Below are positions 1 to 8,229 of a DNA stretch of 27,694 nucleotides, in pieces (the first letter of the stretch is position 1; every line of letters starts with the position of its first letter). The translations under genes were made by a program, and so were the position numbers. The stretch covers positions 1-27,694 of the forward strand of contig JBCBZT010000075.1 in assembly GCA_039815185.1 (NCBI GenBank), given 5' to 3'. The stretch is from Cyanobacteria bacterium P01_A01_bin.123 (GTDB lineage Bacteria; Cyanobacteriota; Cyanobacteriia; Phormidesmidales; Phormidesmidaceae). Below the pieces are notes generated by a model. The model was not told the DNA's origin, did no database searches, and worked only from the letters and a program-made list of their open reading frames with translations.

Positions 1-114
1 GTCAAACAGATTGACCGTCGGTTGAAAATCTCGGGGGCTCAGTGGAAAGCTGACAATGTCAATGCTATGCTTTCTCTTCGCTGTACTTATCTCAATGGCT
101 CCCTAGCAATCTAA
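1..114 (+). CDS. C-terminus of an ISKra4-family transposase (gene begins before the window)
   Basis: Frame 1 reads VKQIDRRLKISGAQWKADNVNAMLSLRCTYLNGSLAI* with TAA at 112-114, resembling the C-terminal KQIxRRxKISGAQW...RCxYLNG motif of cyanobacterial ISKra4-type transposases. Confidence 0.85.
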   Translation, partial: VKQIDRRLKISGAQWKADNVNAMLSLRCTYLNGSLAI

Positions 115-140
115 TGTTTTTTCACATTCGGGATGCTCCC
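1..140 (+). mobile_element. Right end of an ISKra4-type insertion sequence
   Basis: The transposase tail is followed by ...CGGGATGCTCCC ending at 140 (reverse complement GGGAGCATCCCG, a plausible terminal inverted repeat). Unrelated coding sequence starts immediately afterwards. Confidence 0.75.
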
Positions 141-379
141 GGCTGGACTAATAATCTTGGAAGTCGGCTTAAGCAATAAAGCCCTATATGCAAGGCATAT
201 GAGATAACAAAATACATGACTAACTGCCCTTTCCCAAAAGGTTGAAAATCATGTGCATCATCGAAAGCTGAAATCATATCTGGCAAATGATTCCAGCTCA
301 GCACCAGTAATAGCGCAGTGATTGACACGCCTGCAATTGCCGTTATATCAGCAGCTCTATCAAGTCTCCTCTGATTCAC
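141..379 (-). pseudogene. 5' part of a small membrane protein (weakly DUF1648-like), truncated by the IS
   Basis: ORF 122..379 has two hydrophobic helices around WNHLPDMI. Its last residues GASRM* are read from the IS terminal repeat. Confidence 0.55.
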
Positions 380-434
380 AATTAGATTGTATTGGGTCTC
401 AGGAATTGTCTCCTTCTCAATGTGGCGCGATCGC

Positions 435-1040
435 CTACAACGGCATCACATCCTCCAACCGAAACATCAACTGTGGCAATAACGGCGAAACAATCTGCTG
501 TCCCAAACGATATTGCTGCTGCTCGTAGTCCTCACCCACTAGCCGACAGACTGTCAGTGTTGGCTGCTTTGACCTACCAATAAAAGCCCGCTCCCCTAAT
601 CCCTGATAATCCACAATCCAATATTCAGGGATGCCAAACAGCGCATATTCCTCGACTTTACGAGCGTAGTCGATTTCCCAGTTGGTACTGACCACCTCCA
701 CCACTAACTTGATTGAGGTTCCCAACACAATCACAGGTTCTCGTTCCCACAGCGGCTCGTGTATCAGTGCGGGTTCATCTAGAACGACCACATCTGGACG
801 GCGGGCTGTTGTCACCTCTGAAAATGGACGAATCAAAGAAGTTCGTGGAATGATCCAGGGGTGCTGCTGGCGGTTGATTTCAATGCTGAGCTGACTGGCG
901 ACTTTCCCTCCGACAGATTCGTGAGAGCCGGTAGGTTCCATATCGATCAGTTCTCCATCCGCTAATTCATAACGGGGATTATTTCCGTATTGGGTTAGAA
1001 AATCGTCAAACCCTAAGACCAGAGAGGCGATCTGTGTCAT
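435..1040 (-). CDS. Uma2/DUF820 family putative endonuclease
   Basis: Motifs RYELADGELIDMEP, RRPDVVV, LVVEVVS and YARKVEEYALFGIPEYWIVD. ATG at 1040 (MTQIAS) preferred over 1112 on family length. Confidence 0.92.
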   Translation of the reverse strand: MTQIASLVLGFDDFLTQYGNNPRYELADGELIDMEPTGSHESVGGKVASQLSIEINRQQHPWIIPRTSLIRPFSEVTTARRPDVVVLDEPALIHEPLWEREPVIVLGTSIKLVVEVVSTNWEIDYARKVEEYALFGIPEYWIVDYQGLGERAFIGRSKQPTLTVCRLVGEDYEQQQYRLGQQIVSPLLPQLMFRLEDVMPL

Positions 1041-1197
1041 TTTGCGCTGGTAATCTTGTGTATTGCAATTGTAAGCGATTGGATAAGTCTTTAAGATATG
1101 GCGCGATCGCATTCCACCATCGATCCCTCAATTTTTCCGCTCGACAAATGTGATTGTGGGATAACTTCACCGCGATCGCGCTTCTATACCCTTTTGA

Positions 1198-2007
1198 TTA
1201 TGATTTAATAAAAAAATTCTTCACTTGCTGGTTGAAGTCCTTAGTTTCTTCATAGGCACCGTGTCCAAGCCCCTTATAGATTACTAATTTTCTATCTTGT
1301 ATTTTTTCTGCCATTTCCTCAGAGGTATTTTTACCCACAACTTTGTCGCTGTCTCCTCCGATTACCAGCGTCGGACACTTAATTTGATCAAGCAAACTAT
1401 AGGCGTTATGGTTAATACAGGCCTCTGCTTGAATTAAAAATCTGTCAAACGATTTTGGCTTACCTAGCCTACTCATGATTGGGTAAAAAAGCCGATATTT
1501 CTTGAGCTGCTTTTCAGTAAAGGTCTTTTCTAAAGTATCGACTATTAGACTCTTATAATCATTCGATTCAGCCATTTCCATCCAACTTTTGACCACGGTC
1601 ATAATCGTTGGATTTGGCTTTGAAATGGATACGCCAATAACCAGCTTTTTAACGATTTCAGGATAATCAATAGCTAGATACTGTGCGACCATGCCGCCTT
1701 GTGAAACTCCCATAATGTATGCGTTGTCGATACCCAACTTATCCAGTGCAGTTTTTTGATCTTTAGCCATATCCCTTGTCGTATAGCCTGCTCTAATTTG
1801 ATTTTTACGACTAAAAATGTAAATTCTAAAATCTTTTGCAAATTGCCTGTAGTAAATTGCTAGGGTTATGGCCTGCCCTCTAACCGTCTTCAGGCCATCG
1901 CTGAGTCCAGGCAAAATCACAAAAGGTCTTTGACCCCATCCAAATACTGCATAGTCCATATCGGTTTCCCCGATCTTCACATTCCCACTTGTCACATTAA
2001 AAATCAT
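1198..2007 (-). CDS. Alpha/beta-fold hydrolase
   Basis: Nucleophile elbow GVSQGG, acid residue in GGDSDKVV, His in GLGHGAY. AAGAGGA ribosome-binding site before ATG at 2007. Confidence 0.9.
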   Translation of the reverse strand: MIFNVTSGNVKIGETDMDYAVFGWGQRPFVILPGLSDGLKTVRGQAITLAIYYRQFAKDFRIYIFSRKNQIRAGYTTRDMAKDQKTALDKLGIDNAYIMGVSQGGMVAQYLAIDYPEIVKKLVIGVSISKPNPTIMTVVKSWMEMAESNDYKSLIVDTLEKTFTEKQLKKYRLFYPIMSRLGKPKSFDRFLIQAEACINHNAYSLLDQIKCPTLVIGGDSDKVVGKNTSEEMAEKIQDRKLVIYKGLGHGAYEETKDFNQQVKNFFIKS

Positions 2008-2242
2008 AGACAATCCTCTTGCTTGAAATTAAAATCACCAATTTTCAATGTTGCCATAAATTTTTTAGAGTATCCAAATTCACCATTATTCCCATTGAAT
2101 TTCTTGTCCGCTATAGCAGTTTTTGTGTCATTTCGATTGAGATTAGTCGTCACTATAAGATTACTTTTATCCCTATTCTGCTGAGGCTGGTTAGTGTTAG
2201 TATCATCAAGCAATCTCTATCTAGGTTCCCTTCCCTCAGGTA

Positions 2243-3016
2243 ATGAAATATTGGCGTGAAACGGTTGCTGTTGCCCAACGCATCTTAATAGAACTGCTTC
2301 GGCGAAAACGGAGTTTGATTTTTTGGGTGATTTTTCCGGTGTTGGTGCTGATCCTCAACGGGCTGATTTTAGAAGAACGGGCCCAACTGTCGCGAGCGGA
2401 GGCCTTGCAAGCCGCCTTGCCGCCAACCTTAGTGGGGGCAGCCTTATTTTTTAGCTGCTTGGGGGGCAGTATCGCAACTCTAGTGGCAGAGCGCGAGCAG
2501 CGGACGCTGAAGCGCTTGTTTTTATCCCCCTTGAGTGGCCTGTCCTATTTTTTGGGGGTATTTGTCTCCCACTGCCTGATTGGGTTAGTGCAGGCGGGAA
2601 TGATTTACGCGATCGCCCTGAGTAGCGGCAGCAGCTTCAACGGATCGCCCTTGCTTCAATTCGCCATCATTTTGGTGAGTATTGCAGCCTATGTGGGCTT
2701 GGGCTTTGTTTTGGGAGCGCAGTTTGCCCGCCGGGTTGAAGATGTCAATGCCTTGGTCGCGGCCTTTGGGGTACCGCTGTTGATTTTGGGCGGGGCATTT
2801 TTACCGTCATCTCTGTTTCCAGAGTCTTTGCGGCAAGCCGCGCAATTTAACCCGATTTTCCACATGATCGAAGCCCTCGCTGCCATATCCACAGGAGAAG
2901 AAGCCCTCGGCGATATTGTCGATCACCTGCAATTTTTGGGCGTGTTTACCTCAATCATGGTGATTGGGGGTTGGTTGGCCTATCAGCGGATGGTCCAGCT
3001 TGAGCGACGGTTGTAA
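2243..3016 (+). CDS. ABC-2 type transporter permease
   Basis: About six transmembrane segments, with EREQRTLKRLFLSPLS and LGGAFLPSSLFP...FNPIFH motifs. Confidence 0.9.
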   Translation: MKYWRETVAVAQRILIELLRRKRSLIFWVIFPVLVLILNGLILEERAQLSRAEALQAALPPTLVGAALFFSCLGGSIATLVAEREQRTLKRLFLSPLSGLSYFLGVFVSHCLIGLVQAGMIYAIALSSGSSFNGSPLLQFAIILVSIAAYVGLGFVLGAQFARRVEDVNALVAAFGVPLLILGGAFLPSSLFPESLRQAAQFNPIFHMIEALAAISTGEEALGDIVDHLQFLGVFTSIMVIGGWLAYQRMVQLERRL

Positions 3017-3053
3017 ACTATCAATGGTAAAGAAAAGTAAACAACACGATACT

Positions 3054-3413
3054 ATGGCACTCCAAGTTTACGGCATTCCCAACTGCGGCACCTGCAAAAA
3101 GGCATTCCAATGGCTACAAGACAACGGAGTTGACTACGAATTTATCGATACCAAAGAAGCACCACCGGAGCGTACCACCATCAAAAGCTGGGTTGAAGCC
3201 CTCGGCAGCAAACCCATGCGGAACACTTCAGGCCATTCTTACCGCGCCATTGGCGAAGAGAAAAAAAGCTGGAGCGATGATCAGTGGGTTGATGCCTTTG
3301 CTGAAGATGTGATGCTGCTTAAACGCCCCTTGTTTGTCAAAGACGGGACTGCCGTACTCGTCGGATTTCGAGCCAAGCCGGAGGAGATCAGGCAGCGGTT
3401 GGAGATTGAGTAG
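3054..3413 (+). CDS. ArsC/Spx/MgsR (YffB-like) thioredoxin-fold protein
   Basis: N-terminal YGIPNCGTCKKA (CxxC) and LLKRPLFV. Start placed at ATG 3054. Confidence 0.88.
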   Translation: MALQVYGIPNCGTCKKAFQWLQDNGVDYEFIDTKEAPPERTTIKSWVEALGSKPMRNTSGHSYRAIGEEKKSWSDDQWVDAFAEDVMLLKRPLFVKDGTAVLVGFRAKPEEIRQRLEIE

Positions 3414-3416
3414 GAC

Positions 3417-4979
3417 ATGGCGGACGTCATCATCATCGGCAGTGGCATTGGGGGTCTCTGCTGTGGGGCGATGTTAGCCCGCTATGGCTTTGAGGTACTG
3501 ATTTGCGAAAGCCACACGATTGCGGGTGGGGCAGCCCACGGGTTTGAACGCAGCGGGTTTCGGTTTGATTCGGGGCCGTCTTTATATTCCGGGTTGTCTA
3601 CTTCGCCATCGCCAAACCCGTTGCGACAGGTGCTGGATGCGTTGGATGAAGATGTGGCTTGGGCAACCTATGACACTTGGGGATGTCGCTTGCCTGAGGG
3701 CGACTTTGATACCACCGTTGGTGCGGATCAGTTTTGTGATGTCCTGAAGCAAGTGCGGGGTAAACAGGGGCCAGCGGCGATCGCCCAATGGCGCAACTTA
3801 CAGCAGGTCATGGCTCCCTTAGCAGCGGCAGCAGTGGCGATTCCGCCCGCGGCGGTACGTTACGACTGGGGGGCGGTCAACACGATGGGGCGTTATGCTC
3901 CCGCCCTGCTCAAGCAGGCAAGGCGGGTACGCGAGTTGACCGGGTCGTTTAGCCAAATTTTAGACCGGACGGTCAGCGATCCGTTTATTCGTAATTGGAT
4001 GGATCTGCTGTGCTTTTTACTGTCGGGGTTGCCCGCTAATGGCACCAGTGCTGCTGAGATGGCGTTTATGTTTGCCGAATGGTATCGACCGGATGTCGTG
4101 CTGGACTATCCCATTGGGGGCAGTGCGGCTTTAGTCAATGCGCTGGTGCGCGGGTTAAAGAAGTTTGCTGGGGATATCAAACTGGGAGCCCATGTGGAGC
4201 AAATTCTGGTTTCAGGCGATCGCGCTTCGGGTGTTCAACTCCGCAGTGGCGAAACGATTTACGCTAAACAGGCGGTGATCTCTAACGGGTCTATTTGGGA
4301 CACGCTATCGCTGTTGCCTGAGCGAGCAGTGCCCAAACGGTGGCGATCGCAGCGCCAAGCTACCCCCCAATGTCACAGCTTTATGCATTTGCATTTGGGC
4401 ATTGACGGCGCGGATTTGCCGGAGGATTTAGCCTGTCACTACATCGTGGTCAACGATTGGGAAAAGGGCATTGATGCCCCCCAAAACGTTGTGCTGGTGT
4501 CGATTCCATCGCTACTAGACCCTGCCTTGGCCCCAGCCGGGAAACACACGATTCATGTCTACACACCGGGGAATGAACCCTATGAGCTTTGGCAGGGGTG
4601 CGATCGCCGCAGCGGAACTTATCAGCAACTCAAACAGCAGCGGGCAGAAGTGATGTGGCAAGCGCTAGAGCGGATTGTGCCCAACATTCGCGATCGCTGT
4701 GAAGTCACCCTGGTTGGCACACCTTTGACCCATGAGCGATTTTTGAGACGCGATCGCGGCTCTTATGGCCCCGCCATTCGGGCTGGACAAACCCTGTTTC
4801 CCGGTGCGAAGACACCGCTAGCAGGCTTTTTTTGCTGCGGCGATTCTACGTTTCCGGGGATTGGGCTCCCTGCCGTGGCAGCCAGCGGCATGATGACGGC
4901 CAATACCCTAGCCCCAGTGTCACAGCATGTGGATTTGCTGCGATCGCTCCCGATTCCCGGAATTAACCTTCAAATTTGA
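3417..4979 (+). CDS. FAD-dependent oxidoreductase, phytoene desaturase / carotenoid isomerase (CrtH/CrtISO-like) family
   Basis: Rossmann motif DVIIIGSGIGGL, FDSGPSLY, GTPLTHERFL and C-terminal CGDSTFPGIGLPAVAASG. Starts 3 nt after the previous stop. Confidence 0.88.
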   Translation: MADVIIIGSGIGGLCCGAMLARYGFEVLICESHTIAGGAAHGFERSGFRFDSGPSLYSGLSTSPSPNPLRQVLDALDEDVAWATYDTWGCRLPEGDFDTTVGADQFCDVLKQVRGKQGPAAIAQWRNLQQVMAPLAAAAVAIPPAAVRYDWGAVNTMGRYAPALLKQARRVRELTGSFSQILDRTVSDPFIRNWMDLLCFLLSGLPANGTSAAEMAFMFAEWYRPDVVLDYPIGGSAALVNALVRGLKKFAGDIKLGAHVEQILVSGDRASGVQLRSGETIYAKQAVISNGSIWDTLSLLPERAVPKRWRSQRQATPQCHSFMHLHLGIDGADLPEDLACHYIVVNDWEKGIDAPQNVVLVSIPSLLDPALAPAGKHTIHVYTPGNEPYELWQGCDRRSGTYQQLKQQRAEVMWQALERIVPNIRDRCEVTLVGTPLTHERFLRRDRGSYGPAIRAGQTLFPGAKTPLAGFFCCGDSTFPGIGLPAVAASGMMTANTLAPVSQHVDLLRSLPIPGINLQI

Positions 4980-5019
4980 TAGATAAGATCCCAAAATCCA
5001 GGAATTAACCTTCAAATTT
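4959..5019 (+). repeat. 19-bp perfect direct repeat GGAATTAACCTTCAAATTT (4959-4977 and 5001-5019)
   Basis: Read directly from the sequence. Confidence 0.9.
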
Positions 5020-5027
5020 ACTGTTTC

Positions 5028-5080
5028 TTTTACGAAAAGCTGGGGTTTCGGATTGCGGCATCAAGGAGGGCTATTTTCCT
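5028..5080 (+). pseudogene. Frameshifted fragment of a GNAT acetyltransferase C-terminus
   Basis: Reads FYEKLGFRI and then, after a frameshift, GIKEGYF, matching the GNAT FYxKxGFxxxGxxxxY motif. No upstream part is present. Confidence 0.5.
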
Positions 5081-5137
5081 CTAAAGCTAATAAGTTGCTT
5101 TGAAGCTGCCATTGATAAACAGGCTTCCCCTAACCTG

Positions 5138-5166
5138 TTGACACGCAAAAAGAGTGTATATACACT
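5138..5166 (+). promoter_or_regulatory. Sigma70-type promoter overlapped by a palindromic operator
   Basis: TTGACA (5138-5143), 17 nt, TACACT (5161-5166). The perfect 14-bp palindrome AGTGTATATACACT (5153-5166) covers the -10 box. Confidence 0.75.
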
Positions 5167-5189
5167 TAAATTGCGGGAAAACATACTGA

Positions 5190-5270
5190 TTCAGCTCCCT
5201 CACTGAATTAGGTCGGCTGGTCTCATCATGTGCGTGTCTCAATCTCCGCAAAGTCTCTCATGCCGTGTCA
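5190..5270 (+). pseudogene. N-terminal remnant of a MarR-family repressor
   Basis: Translates as LTELGRLVSSCACLNLRKVSHAV, resembling the CxCxxLRKAxRAV start of one MarR subfamily. The winged-helix part is absent. Confidence 0.6.
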
Positions 5271-5296
5271 TTCACGCTAAAAATTTTCGGCAAAAC

Positions 5297-5308
5297 GTGT
5301 ATATACAC
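5297..5308. promoter_or_regulatory. Second operator copy GTGTATATACAC
   Basis: Identical 12-bp palindromic core, just upstream of RBS GGAGG (5318-5322). Confidence 0.75.
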
Positions 5309-5327
5309 TTACTTGATGGAGGTTTTC

Positions 5328-5939
5328 ATGTTTTCTCAGTCTATGGAAGAGCGAAAAATCCCAAAGGTTGTTGCGGTGTTCTTGTTACTGTGGTTTTTGA
5401 GCGTTGCTGCTGCTGGTCATGCAGGTGTATTAATTGGCTCTCCGGCTCCTCTCATTGGTGGGTATGTAGTGGGTACCACACTACTGCTCTGTGTTCTCGG
5501 GTTGACCCTACCTCCGCTACGAGTGTGGCTGCTTAGTTTGGAACTGCGGTTCCTTGTGCTTTTGCACTTTGTACGATTTATTGGCATTGCCTTCTTGGTA
5601 TCCAATGCTACAGAAGATGGTTTGCCAACGGCATTTGCTGAACGAGCCGGATATGGTGATATTTTTGCCGCCATTACTGCGCTTGCGTTAGCTGTTGGCT
5701 TCCTACCTGCAACCAGTCAGTTTCGTCGTGGCTTGTTGCTGTTCTGGAATATTGTAGGAGTTGTGGATTTGCTTCAGGCAGTTGGTACTGGAGTTGCGAT
5801 TCAGTTATCTGGTAGTTCAGCGATGACTCCAATCGTTACTGCGCCACTGATGTACATACCGTTTTATTTCGTGCCGCTATTGATGTTTGTCCATCTAGTT
5901 ATATTCTACCGATTGGCTATCAATGCACTTGAGTCCTAA
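5328..5939 (+). CDS. Multi-pass membrane protein of unknown function
   Basis: About six hydrophobic segments, with LHFVRFIG, AGYGDI and WNIVGVVDL. GGAGG precedes ATG 5328. Confidence 0.8.
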   Translation: MFSQSMEERKIPKVVAVFLLLWFLSVAAAGHAGVLIGSPAPLIGGYVVGTTLLLCVLGLTLPPLRVWLLSLELRFLVLLHFVRFIGIAFLVSNATEDGLPTAFAERAGYGDIFAAITALALAVGFLPATSQFRRGLLLFWNIVGVVDLLQAVGTGVAIQLSGSSAMTPIVTAPLMYIPFYFVPLLMFVHLVIFYRLAINALES

Positions 5940-5982
5940 GGAGTTCAAGATTACTTGCAGTCGCTCAAGCGAACCGTTAGGC
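5934..5982 (+). other. Degenerate attC-like site 1
   Basis: TCCTAAG (contains the stop codon of the upstream gene) - GA - GTTCAAG ... GCTCAAG - CGAACC - GTTAGGC, resembling the RYYYAAC...GTTRRRY layout with about 3 nt missing from the left arm. Confidence 0.5.
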
Positions 5983-6124
5983 AGCGTGTTCAAGTCTAAA
6001 CCAACGCTACTCCTCTTGATCCTATTCACGCAAAGTTTCCAGCCATCAACCGCGATCGCGACTGATAGCTGAAAACGCTAAACTAAAGCATCATCGTATT
6101 GATCAGAACCAGGTGCACCTCCCG

Positions 6125-6337
6125 TTAAAATGCACTAGCTGTGGGTCGAACAATAACTTCATTTACGTCAACATCATCGGGTTGAGAGGTGACGTACAAG
6201 ACTGCTCGGGCAATCGCATCTGACGTGAGCGAAATTTTACGGAAGTCTTGCAAAGCACCTTTTGCTGACTCATCTGTAATATCAGAGCCCAATTCCGTCT
6301 CGACGACACCAGGAGAGAGGGTGGTGACGCGAATCAT
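6125..6337 (-). pseudogene. 3' fragment of an SDR oxidoreductase
   Basis: IRVTTLSPGVVETEL...DAIARAVLYVTSQPDDVDVNEVIVRP is an SDR C-terminus. The Rossmann and YxxxK regions are missing. It begins 2 nt after the AKR stop. Confidence 0.85.
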
Positions 6338-6339
6338 CC

Positions 6340-7221
6340 TTAATTGGCTTTATCAGCAATCTTGTTCAGATCGGCAACTGTCTGCCGCGGTAGCTGTAGG
6401 GTTGCGGCTTTGAGGTTCTCGCGGAGGTGAGCAACGGACGATGTGCCAGGAATTAGTAAGATATTCGGAGCGTGCTGTAGAAGCCACGCGAGTGCGACCT
6501 GCATGGGTGTCGTCTCCAGCGAGGCCGCAGCCGTCTCCAACGCTGAGGATTGCAGCGGTGTGAACCCGCCTAGCGGGAAAAATGGGGTATAAGCAATACC
6601 TTTCGCCGCTAATTCGTCAATCAGGGCATCGTCATCTCGATGGGCCAAATTGTAATAGTTCTGGACACAGACGATCTCGGTAATCGACTGAGCCTGCGCG
6701 AACTGATGGGCAGTCACGTTGCTTAGGCCGATATCACGAATAAGACCCTGACGTTTGAGGTCAGCCAGAACAGTGAGCGGTTCTTCGATGGAACCTTCGA
6801 TCGGTTCGCTCATACCGCCGACCCGAAGATTAACGACATCAAGCGCCTCAAGACCCAGGTTACGCAGGTTGTCGTGAACGGCAGTGGTGAGTTCCTCAGC
6901 CGAGAGGGCAACAGGCCACGATTTGTCTTCGCCCCGGCGAGCCCCAACCTTAGTGACGATCACCAATTCCTCTGGATAGGGGTGAAGTGCCTGCCGGATG
7001 ATCTGGTTGGTGACATGCGGACCGTAGTAGTCACTGGTGTCAATGTGATTAATGCCAAGCGCCACAGCTTCGCGCAGAACGGCAATGGCAGCATCGACAT
7101 CGCGCGGTGGCCCCCAGACATTTGGACCAGCAAGCTGCATAGCACCATACCCCATGCGGTTCAAGGTCAGTGAAGTGCCTGGGAGCGTGAAACTGCCCCC
7201 GAGTTTTGTTTGATCAGTCAT
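6340..7221 (-). CDS. Aldo/keto reductase
   Basis: RMGYGAMQL, HIDTSDYYG, IVTKVG, IGLSNV and LLIPGTSSVAHLREN. Confidence 0.95.
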   Translation of the reverse strand: MTDQTKLGGSFTLPGTSLTLNRMGYGAMQLAGPNVWGPPRDVDAAIAVLREAVALGINHIDTSDYYGPHVTNQIIRQALHPYPEELVIVTKVGARRGEDKSWPVALSAEELTTAVHDNLRNLGLEALDVVNLRVGGMSEPIEGSIEEPLTVLADLKRQGLIRDIGLSNVTAHQFAQAQSITEIVCVQNYYNLAHRDDDALIDELAAKGIAYTPFFPLGGFTPLQSSALETAAASLETTPMQVALAWLLQHAPNILLIPGTSSVAHLRENLKAATLQLPRQTVADLNKIADKAN

Positions 7222-7287
7222 TCTACTTTTCCTCCAAGTTCTAGATGCGATGTACGTTGAATCGGTGCTTGTGTAGCTCTGCTTGAA

Positions 7288-8055
7288 TTAGAGAAACATG
7301 CCGCCAGAGACTTCAATCCTCTGACCGTTGATCCAGCGGTTGTCTTCAGAGAGTAGAGATGCGATCGCACCCCCAATATCATCTGGAACACCCACGCGGC
7401 CTAAAGCTGTTTGCGAGGCGATAAAGTCATTCATATTTTTGTTGTCACGCACTGCGCCACCACCGAAATCCGTTTCGATTGCGCCAGGAGCGATTGTATT
7501 AACGGCGATTTGTCTTTCACCCAGTTCCTTCGCCAGGTATCGGGTCAGTACCTCTATTCCCCCCTTCATTGCGCCATAGGCGGAGAATCCTGGTAGCGCG
7601 AATCTGGCAAGACCCGTTGAAATGTTGACGATTCGTCCGCCATCTTTGATCACCGGGAGAAGTTTTTGCGTTAGGAAGAAAACGCCCTTTAGCTGAATAT
7701 TCATTAAGCGGTCAAAATCTTCTTCAGTTGTCTCAGCAAAGGGCTTATTGATGCCGATTCCGGCGTTGTTAATCAGAAAATTAAACTGTTCCGTTTGCCA
7801 GATATCCTGGAGTACCTGATTGATCTGTACGACAAACCCATCAAAGGTTTGGGTATCAGAACTATCCAGCTGTAGGGCAACCGCTTTGCGGCCCATCGCT
7901 TTAATTTCAGAGACGACCTCGTTGGCTTCGACCTCACTGCTGTGATAAGTCACAATCACATCGACGCCTTTCTGGGCCAGCGTCAATGCGGTGTTTTTAC
8001 CCAACCCTCGGCTCGATCCGGTCACTAATGCGATTTTTTGAGTATTCTGTGTCAT
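7288..8055 (-). CDS. SDR family NAD(P)-dependent oxidoreductase
   Basis: TGSSRGLG, NNAG, catalytic YGAMK and PGAIETDF. Confidence 0.95.
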   Translation of the reverse strand: MTQNTQKIALVTGSSRGLGKNTALTLAQKGVDVIVTYHSSEVEANEVVSEIKAMGRKAVALQLDSSDTQTFDGFVVQINQVLQDIWQTEQFNFLINNAGIGINKPFAETTEEDFDRLMNIQLKGVFFLTQKLLPVIKDGGRIVNISTGLARFALPGFSAYGAMKGGIEVLTRYLAKELGERQIAVNTIAPGAIETDFGGGAVRDNKNMNDFIASQTALGRVGVPDDIGGAIASLLSEDNRWINGQRIEVSGGMFL

Positions 8056-8229
8056 TGCCTTATCCTTTCAGTCTTTGCTTAACATGGGTTTATCGTAGGC
8101 CAGAAGAACTTAGCTCTGAATACCCAAACCTGGCAGGTTATTGCCTGATCCTCTCAAACTAGAGGTTGGCCGAGAGACTATTCTCTACAATGAATTGGTA
8201 GGCAGCGATTACAGCCATCGAAACCCAGC

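Noticed and set aside
3417..4979. Naming the gene crtH
   Set aside because: Cyanobacteria have several paralogues in this family and orthology cannot be assigned by eye
5084..5127. AGCTAAT-AAGTT-GCTTTGAAG as another attC left arm after the GNAT fragment
   Set aside because: No matching GTTRRRY right arm and too degenerate to support
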